Source: Eledone cirrhosa
Taxonomy: Eukaryota
Direction of reading: 5' to 3'
NCBI GenBank assembly: GCA_964016885.1
Contig: OZ024741.1
Coordinates: 415,462,001-415,526,000 of the forward strand
DNA: 64,000 nucleotides
The notes below the pieces were generated by a model. That model was not told where the DNA came from and did not search any database. It saw nothing but the letters and a program-made list of their open reading frames with translations. Both the position numbers and the translations under genes were made by a program. Shown in pieces: positions 54,601 through 64,000 of the stretch; position 1 is the stretch's first letter, and each line of letters starts with the position of its first letter.

Positions 54601-57600
54601 CTACAGTTGTCGTAACACTTTAGTTACCAACCTGGTCAACACTTACCAGGACTATTACCTACAGTTGTCTTAACACTTTAGTTACCAACCTGGTCAACAC
54701 TTACCAGGACTATTACCTACAGTTGTCTTAACCCTTTAGTTACCAACCTGGTCAACACTTACCAGGACTATTACCTACAGTTGTCTTAACCCTTTAGTTA
54801 CCAACTTGGTCAACACGGACCAGGACTATTACCTACAGTTGTCGTAACCCTTTAGTTACCAACCCAGTCAACACTAACCAGGACTATTACCTACAGTTGT
54901 GTTAACCCTTTAGTTACCAACCCAGTCAACACTAACCAGGACGATTACCTACAGTTCTCTTAACCCTTTAGTTACCAACCTGGTCAACACTGACCAGCAC
55001 TATTATCTACAGTTGTCTTAAGCCTTTAGTTAACAGTCTGGTCAACACTGACCAGCACTATTATCTACAGTTGTCTTAACCCTTTAGTTACCAGTCTAGT
55101 CAACACTGACCAGCACTATTATCTACAGTTGTCGTAACACTTTAGTTACCAACCTGGTCAACACTTACCAGGACTATTACTTACAGTTGTCTTAACCCTT
55201 TAGTTACCAACCTGGTCAACACTTACCATGACTATTACCTAGAGTTGTCTTAACCCTTTAGTTACCAACCTGGTCAACACTAACCTGGACTATTACCTAC
55301 AGTTGTGTTAACCCTTTAGTTACCAACCTGGTCAACACCAACCAGGACTATTACCTAAAGTTGTCTTAACACTTTTGTTACCAACCTGGTCAACACTAAC
55401 CAGGACTATTACCTACAGTTGTCTTAACCCTTTAGTTACCAACCTGGTCAACACTTACCAGGACTATAACCTACAGTTCTCTTAACCCTTTAGTTACCAG
55501 TCTGGTCAACACTGACCAGCACTATTATCTACAGTTGTCTTAACCCTTTGGTTACCAACCTGGTCAACACTAACCAGGACTATTATCTACAGTTGTCGTA
55601 ACACTTTAGTTACCAACCTGGTCAACACTTACCAGGACTATTACCTACAGTTGTCTTAACACTTTAGTTACCAACCTGGTCAACACTTACCAGGACTATT
55701 ACCTACAGTTGTCTTAACCCTTTAGTTACCAACCTGGTCAACACGGACCAGGACTATTACCTACAGTTGTCGTAACCCTTTAGTTACCAACCCAGTCAAC
55801 ACTAACCAGGACTATTACCTACAGTTGTGTTAACCCTTTAGTTACCAACCTAGTCAACACTAACCAGGACTATTAACTACAGTTGTCTTAACCCTTTAGT
55901 TACCAACCTGGTCAACATTGACCAGGACTATTACCTACAGTTGTCTTAACCCTTTAGTTACCAACCTGGTCAACACTGACCAGGACTATTACCTACAGTT
56001 GTCTTAACCCTTTAGTTACCAACCTGGTCAACACTAACCAGGAATATTATCTACAGTTGTGTTAACCCTTTAGTTACCAACCTGGTCAACACTAACCAGG
56101 ACTATTACCTACAGTTGTCTTAAACCTTTAGTTTCCAACCTGGTCAACACAGACCAGGACTATTACCTACAGTTGTCTTAACCCTTTAGTTACCAACCCA
56201 GTCAACACTAACCAGGACGATTACCTACAGTTCTCTTAACCCTTTAGTTACCAACCTGGTCAACACTGACCAGCACTATTATCTACAGTTGTCTTAAGCC
56301 TTTAGTTAACAGTCTGGTCAACACTGACCAGCACTATTATCTACAGTTGTCTTAACCCTTTAGTTACCAGTCTAGTCAACACTGACCAGCACTATTATCT
56401 ACAGTTGTCGTAACATTTTAGTTACCAACCTGGTCAACACTGACCAGGACTATTACCTACACTTGTCTTAACCCTTTAGTTACCAACCTGGTCAACACTG
56501 ACCAGAACTATTACCTACAGTTGTCTTACCCCTTTAGTTACCAACCTGGTCAACACTAACCAGGACTATTACCTACAGTTGTCTTAACCCTTTAGTTACC
56601 AATCTGGTCAACACTAACCAGGACTATTACCTACAGTTGTCTTAACCCTTTAGTTACCAACCTGGTCAAAACTAACCAGGACTATTATCTACAGTTGTCT
56701 TAACCCTTTAGTTACCAACCCAGTCAACACTAACCAGGACTATTACCGACAGTTGTCTTAACCCTTTAGTTACCAACCCAGTCAACACTAACCAGGACTA
56801 TTACCTACAGTTGTCTTAACGCTTTAGTTATCAACCTGGTCAACACTAACCAGAACAATTACCTACAGTTGTCTTAACCCTTTAGTTATCAACCTGGTCA
56901 ACACTGACCAGGACTATTACCTACAGTTGTCTTAACCCTTTAGTTACCAACCTGGTCAACACTAACCAGGGCTATTACCTACATTTTTCTTAACCGTTTA
57001 GTTACCAACCTGGTCAACACTGACCAGGACTATTACCTACAGTTGTCTTAACCCTTTAGTTACCAACCTGGTCAACACTGACCAGGAATATTACCTGCAG
57101 TTGTCTTAACCCTTTAGTTACCAACCTGGTCAACACTGACCAGCACTATTATCTACAGTTGTCTTAAGCCTTTAGTTAACAGTCTGGTCACACTGACCAG
57201 CACTATTATCTACAGTTGTCTTAACACTTTAGTTACCAACCTGGTCAACACTTACCAGGACTATTACCTACAGTTGTCTTAACCCTTTAGTTACCAACCT
57301 GGTCAACAATAACCAGGACTATTACCTACAGTTGTCTTAACCCTTTAGTTACCAACCTGGTCAACACTGACCAGGACTATTACCTACAGTTGTCTTAACC
57401 CTTTAGTTACTAACCTGGTCAACACTGACCAGGACTATTACCTACAGTTGTCTTAACCCTTTAGTTACCAACCTGGTCAACACTAACCAGGACTATTACC
57501 TACAGTTGTCTTAACCCTTTAGTTACCAGTCTGGTCAACACTAACCAGGACTATTACCTACAGTTGTCTTAACCCTTTAGTTACCAACCTGGTCAACACT

Positions 57601-60600
57601 TACCAGGACTATTACCTACAGTTCTCTTAACCCTTTAGTTACCAGTCTGGTCAACACTGACCAGCACTATTATCTACAGTTGTCTTAACCCTTTGGTTAC
57701 CAACCTGGTCAACACTGACCAGCACTATTATCTACAGTTGTCGTAACCCTTTAGTTACCAACCTGGTCAAAACTGACCAGGACTATTACCTACAGTTGTC
57801 TTAACCCTTTAGTTACCAACCTGGTCAACACTGACCAGAACTATTACCTACAGTTGTCTTAACCCTTTAGTTACCAACCTGGTCAACACTAACCAGGACT
57901 ATTACCTACAGTTGTCTTAACCCTTTAGTTACCAATCTGGTCAACACTAACCAGGACTATTACCTACAGTTGTCTTAACCCTTTAGTTACCAACCTGGTC
58001 AAAACTAACCAGGACTATTACTTACAGTTGTCTTAACCCTTTAGTTACCAACCTGGTTAACACTGACCAGGACTATTACCTACAGTTGTCCTAACCCTTT
58101 AGTTACAAACCTGGTCAACACTGACCAGGACTATTACCTAAAGTTGTCTTATTCCCTTTAGTTACCAGTCTGGTCAACACTAACCAGGACTATTACCTAC
58201 AGTTGTCTTAACCCTTTAGTTACCAGTCTGGTCAACACTAACCAGGACTATTACCTACAGTTGTCTTAACCCTTTAGTTACCAACCTGGTCAACACTTAC
58301 CAGGACTATTACCTACAGTTCTCTTAACCCTTTAGTTACCAGTCTGGTCAACACTGACCAGCACTATTATCTACAGTTGTCTTAACCCTTTGGTTACCAA
58401 CCTGGTCAACACTGACCAGCACTATTATCTACAGTTGTCGTAACCCTTTAGTTACCAACCTGGTCAAAACTGACCAGGACTATTACCTACAGTTGTCTTA
58501 ACCCTTTAGTTACCAACCTGGTCAACACTGACCAGAACTATTACCTACAGTTGTCTTAACCCTTTAGTTACCAACCTGGTCAACACTAACCAGGACTATT
58601 ACCTACAGTTGTCTTAACCCTTTAGTTACCAATCTGGTCAACACTAACCAGGACTATTACCTACAGTTGTCTTAACCCTTTAGTTACCAACCTGGTCAAA
58701 ACTAACCAGGACTATTACTTACAGTTGTCTTAACCCTTTAGTTACCAACCTGGTTAACACTGACCAGGACTATTACCTACAGTTGTACTAACCCTTTAGT
58801 TACAAACCTGGTCAACACTGACCAGGACTATTACCTAAAGTTGTCTTATTCCCTTTAGTTACCAGTCTGGTCAACCCTGACCAGCACTATTATCTACAGT
58901 TGTCTTAACCCTTTAGTTACCAGTCTGGTCAACACTGACCAGGACTATTACCTACAGTTGTCGTAACACTTTAGTTATCAACCTAGTCAACACTAACCAG
59001 GACTATTATCTACAGTTGTCGTAACACTTTAGTTACCAACCTGGTCAACACTTACCAGGACTATTACCTACAGTTGTCTTAACACTTTAGTTACCAACCT
59101 GGTCAACACTTACCAGGACTATTACCTACAGTTGTCTTAACCCTTTAGTTACCAACCTGGTCAACACGGACCAGGACTATTACCTACAGTTGTCGTAACC
59201 CTTTAGTTACCAACCCAGTCAACACTAACCAGGACTATTACCTACAGTTGTGTTAACCCTTTAGTTACCAACCTAGTCAACACTAACCAGGACTATTAAC
59301 TACAGTTGTCTTAACCCTTTAGTTACCAACCTGGTCAACATTAACCAGGACTATTACCTACAGTTGTCTTAACCCTTTAGTTACCAACCTGGTCAACACT
59401 GACCAGGACTATTACCTACAGTTGTCTTAACCCTTTAGTTACCAACCTGGTCAACACTAACCAGGAATATTATCTACAGTTGTGTTAACCCTTTAGTTAC
59501 CAACCTGGTCAACATTAACCAGGACTATTACCTACAGTTGTCTTAAACCTTTAGTTTCCAACCTGGTCAACACAGACCAGGACTATTACCTACAGTTGTC
59601 TTAACCCTTTAGTTACCAACCCAGTCAACACTAACCAGGACGATTACCTACAGTTCTCTTAACCCTTTAGTTACCAACCTGGTCAACACTGACCAGCACT
59701 ATTATCTACAGTTGTCTTAAGCCTTTAGTTAACAGTCTGGTCAACACTGACCAGCACTATTATCTACAGTTGTCTTAACCCTTTAGTTACCAGTCTAGTC
59801 AACACTGACCAGCACTATTATCTACAGTTGTCGTAACATTTTAGTTACCAACCTGGTCAACACTTACCAGGACTATTACTTACAGTTGTCTTAACCCTTT
59901 AGTTACCAACCTGGTCAACACTTACCACGACTATTACCTAGAGTTGTCTTAACCCTTTAGTTACCAACCTGGTCAACACTAACCAGGACTATTACCTACA
60001 GTTGTCTTAACACTTTAGTTACCAACCTGGTCAACACTAACCAGGACTATTACCTACAGTTGTCTTAACCCTTTAGTTACCAACCTGGTCAACACTTACC
60101 AGGACTATAACCTACAGTTCTCTTAACCCTTTAGTTACCAGTCTGGTCAACACTGACCAGCACTATTATCTACAGTTGTCGTAACCCTTTAGTTACCAAC
60201 CTGGTCAACACTGACCAGGACTATTACCTACAGTTGTCTTAACCCTTTAGTTACCAACCTGGTCAACACTGACCAGAACTATTACCTACAGTTGTCTTAA
60301 CCCTTTAGTTACCAACCTGGTCAACACTAACCAGGACTATTACCTACAGTTGTCTTAAACCTTTAGTTTCCAACCTGGTCAACACAGACCAGGACTATTA
60401 CCTACAGTTGTCTTAACCCTTTAGTTACCAACCCAGTCAACACTAACCAGGACGATTACCTACAGTTCTCTTAACCCTTTAGTTACCAACCTGGTCAACA
60501 CTGACCAGCACTATTATCTACAGTTGTCTTAAGCCTTTAGTTAACAGTCTGGTCAACACTGACCAGCACTATTATCTACAGTTGTCTTAACCCTTTAGTT

Positions 60601-63600
60601 ACCAGTCTAGTCAACACTGACCAGCACTATTATCTACAGTTGTCGTAACACTTTAGATACCAACCTGGTCAACACTTACCAGGACTATTACTTACAGTTG
60701 TCTTAACCCTTTAGTTACCAACCTGGTCAACACTTACCATGACTATTACCTAGAGTTGTCTTAACCCTTTAGTTACCAACCTGGTCAACACTAACCTGGA
60801 CTATTACCTACAGTTGTGTTAACCCTTTAGTTACCAACCTGGTCAACACTAACCAGGACTATTACCTAAAGTTGTCTTAACACTTTTGTTACCAACCTGG
60901 TCAACACTAACCAGGACTATTACCTACAGTTGTCTTAACCCTTTAGTTACCAACCTGGTCAACACTTACCAGGACTATAACCTACAGTTCTCTTAACCCT
61001 TTAGTTACCAGTCTGGTCAACACTGACCAGCACTATTATCTACAGTTGTCTTAACCCTTTGGTTACCAACCTGGTCAACACTAACCAGGACTATTATCTA
61101 CAGTTGTCGTAACACTTTAGTTACCAACCTGGTCAACACTTACCAGGACTATTACCTACAGTTGTCTTAACACTTTAGTTACCAACCTGGTCAACACTTA
61201 CCAGGACTATTACCTACAGTTGTCTTAACACTTTAGTTACCAACCTGGTCAACACGGACCAGGACTATTACCTACAGTTGTCGTAACCCTTTAGTTACCA
61301 ACCCAGTCAACACTAACCAGGACTATTACCTACAGTTGTGTTAACCCTTTAGTTACCAACCTAGTCAACAATAACCAGGACTATTAACTACAGTTGTCTT
61401 AACCCTTTAGTTACCAACCTGGTCAACATTGACCAGGACTATTACCTACAGTTGTCTTAACCCTTTAGTTACCAACCTGGTCAACACTGACCAGGACTAT
61501 TACCTACAGTTGTCTTAACCCTTTAGTTACCAACCTGGTCAACACTAACCAGGAATATTATCTACAGTTGTGTTAACCCTTTAGTTACCAACCTGGTCAA
61601 CACTAACCAGGACTATTACCTACAGTTGTCTTAAACCTTTAGTTTCCAACCTGGTCAACACAGACCAGGACTATTACCTACAGTTGTCTTAACCCTTTAG
61701 TTACCAACCCAGTCAACACTAACCAGGACGATTACCTACAGTTCTCTTAACCCTTTAGTTACCAACCTGGTCAACACTGACCAGCACTATTATCTACAGT
61801 TGTCTTAAGCCTTTAGTTAACAGTCTGGTCAACACTGACCAGCACTATTATCTACAGTTGTCTTAACCCTTTAGTTACCAGTCTAGTCAACACTGACCAG
61901 CACTATTATCTACAGTTGTCGTAACATTTTAGTTACCAACCTGGTCAACACTTACCAGGACTATTACTTACAGTTGTCTTAACCCTTTAGTTACCAACCT
62001 GGTCAACACTTACCACGACTATTACCTAGAGTTGTCTTAACCCTTTATTTACCAACCTGGTCAACACTAACCAGGACTATTACCTACAGTTGTCTTAACA
62101 CTTTAGTTACCAACCTGGTCAACACTAACCAGGACTATTACCTACAGTTGTCTTAACCCTTTAGTTACCAACCTGGTCAACACTTACCAGGACTATAACC
62201 TACAGTTCTCTTAACCCTTTAGTTACCAGTCTGGTCAACACTGACCAGCACTATTATCTACAGTTGTCGTAACCCTTTAGTTACCAACCTGGTCAACACT
62301 GACCAGGACTATTACCTACAGTTGTCTTAACCCTTTAGTTACCAACCTGGTCAACACTGACCAGAACTATTACCTACAGTTGTCTTAACCCTTTAGTTAC
62401 CAACCTGGTCAACACTAACCAGGACTATTACCTACAGTTGTCTTAAACCTTTAGTTTCCAACCTGGTCAACACAGACCAGGACTATTACCTACAGTTGTC
62501 TTAACCCTTTAGTTACCAACCCAGTCAACACTAACCAGGACGATTACCTACAGTTCTCTTAACCCTTTAGTTACCAACCTGGTCAACACTGACCAGCACT
62601 ATTATCTACAGTTGTCTTAAGCCTTTAGTTAACAGTCTGGTCAACACTGACCAGCACTATTATCTACAGTTGTCTTAACCCTTTAGTTACCAGTCTAGTC
62701 AACACTGACCAGCACTATTATCTACAGTTGTCGTAACACTTTAGTTACCAACCTGGTCAACACTTACCAGGACTATTACTTACAGTTGTCTTAACCCTTT
62801 AGTTACCAACCTGGTCAACACTTACCATGACTATTACCTAGAGTTGTCTTAACCCTTTAGTTACCAACCTGGTCAACACTAACCTGGACTATTACCTACA
62901 GTTGTGTTAACCCTTTAGTTACCAACCTGGTCAACACTAACCAGGACTATTACCTAAAGTTGTCTTAACACTTTTGTTACCAACCTGGTCAACACTAACC
63001 AGGACTATTACCTACAGTTGTCTTAACCCTTTAGTTACCAACCTGGTCAACACTTACCAGGACTATAACCTACAGTTCTCTTAACCCTTTAGTTACCAGT
63101 CTGGTCAACACTGACCAGCACTATTATCTACAGTTGTCTTAACCCTTTGGTTACCAACCTGGTCAACACTGACCAGGACTATTACCTACAGTTGTCGTAA
63201 CACTTTAGTTATCAACCTAGTCAACACTTACCAGGACTATAACCTACAGTTCTCTTAACCCTTTAGTTACCAGTCTGGTCAACACTGACCAGGACTATTA
63301 CCTACAGTTGTCTTAACCCTTTGGTTACCAACCTGGTCAACACTGACCAGGACTATTACCTACAGTTGTCGTAACACTTTAGTTATCAACCTAGTCAACA
63401 CTTACCAGGACTATAACCTACAGTTCTCTTAACCCTTTAGTTACCAGTCTGGTCAACACTGACCAGCACTATTATCTACAGTTGTCTTAACCCTTCGGTT
63501 ACCAACCTGGTCAACACTAACCAGGACTATTATCTACAGTTGTCGTAACACTTTAGTTACCAACCTGGTCAACAGTAACCAGGAATATTATCTACAGTTG

Positions 63601-64000
63601 TGTTAACCCTTTAGTTACCAACCTGGTCAACACTAACCAGGACTATTACCTACAGTTGTCTTAAACCTTTAGTTTCCAACCTGGTCAACACAGACCAGGA
63701 CTATTACCTACAGTTGTCTTAACCCTTTAGTTACCAACCCAGTCAACACTAACCAGGACGATTACCTACAGTTCTCTTAACCCTTTAGTTACCAACCTGG
63801 TCAACACTGACCAGCACTATTATCTACAGTTGTCTTAAGCCTTTAGTTAACAGTCTGGTCAACACTGACCAGCACTATTATCTACAGTTGTCTTAACCCT
63901 TTAGTTACCAGTCTAGTCAACACTGACCAGCACTATTATCTACAGTTGTCGTAACACTTTAGTTACCAACCTGGTCAACACTTACCAGGACTATTACTTA
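51692..64000. repeat. Domain C sub-family with 14-27-monomer higher-order units, including a 36-mer (2,088 bp)
   Basis: The G of CTTAAGCC falls at 51716, 53282, 54094, 55022, 56298, 57168, 59721, 60533, 61809, 62621 and 63839. Spacings are 27, 14, 16, 22, 15, 44, 14, 22, 14 and 21 monomers. ACCATGAC and AACATTTTAG were seen only here, and the +5 insertion is absent. Confidence 0.82.
57500..58900. repeat. Tandem duplication of 12 monomers (697 bp)
   Basis: The +1 variant GTCTTATTCCC occurs at 58151/58848 and ACCTGGTTAAC at 58051/58748. 12x58+1 = 697. Confidence 0.88.

Larger units (their letters stand above)
1..64000. repeat. 58-bp tandem satellite array, ~1,100 monomers, single orientation, extending beyond both window ends
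   Basis: TTTAGTTACC recurs at 1, 59, 117... and the register shifts 2 nt per 60-nt line throughout. Monomers differ from consensus by about 0-5 substitutions and rare indels of 1-5 bp. No non-satellite sequence was seen. Confidence 0.99.

Noticed and set aside
1-64000. CRISPR array (palindromic repeat at regular spacing)
   Set aside because: The sequence between palindromes is as conserved as the palindromes themselves. There are no unique spacers, leader or cas genes.
1-64000. Repeat-protein CDS on either strand
   Set aside because: 58 is not a multiple of 3, so every frame cycles through the stops. The plus strand has TAG, TGA/TAA and TAA per monomer and the minus strand has about seven stops. 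The consensus has no ATG.
1-64000. Rolling-circle/concatemer or sequencing-noise artefact
   Set aside because: Variants recur in ordered, nested blocks at several different periods with private mutations, which random error or a single circular template would not give. Mis-assembly of individual large duplications remains possible.

Overview
The whole 64 kb window is one uninterrupted, head-to-tail, single-orientation tandem satellite of a 58-bp monomer, about 1,100 copies, running off both ends. Consensus: TTTAGTTACCAACCTGGTCAACACTGACCAGGACTATTACCTACAGTTGTCTTAACCC (43% GC, C:G = 17:8, no CpG, no ATG). Each monomer carries an 8-bp-stem inverted repeat, CCTGGTCA-ACAC-TGACCAGG. I saw no genes, RNA genes, transposon insertions, inversions or unique spacers. 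The information lies in the order of variant monomers, which shows nested higher-order repeats and three sub-family domains. It also shows near-identical block duplications whose lengths are whole numbers of monomers (6, 8, 10, 12, 20, 36, 59, 90, 100, ~197). This most resembles eukaryotic centromeric, pericentromeric or subtelomeric satellite DNA. I cannot assign the organism or name the satellite family, and I found no evidence of a new coding system. All alignments were done by eye from marker variants, so boundaries are approximate.
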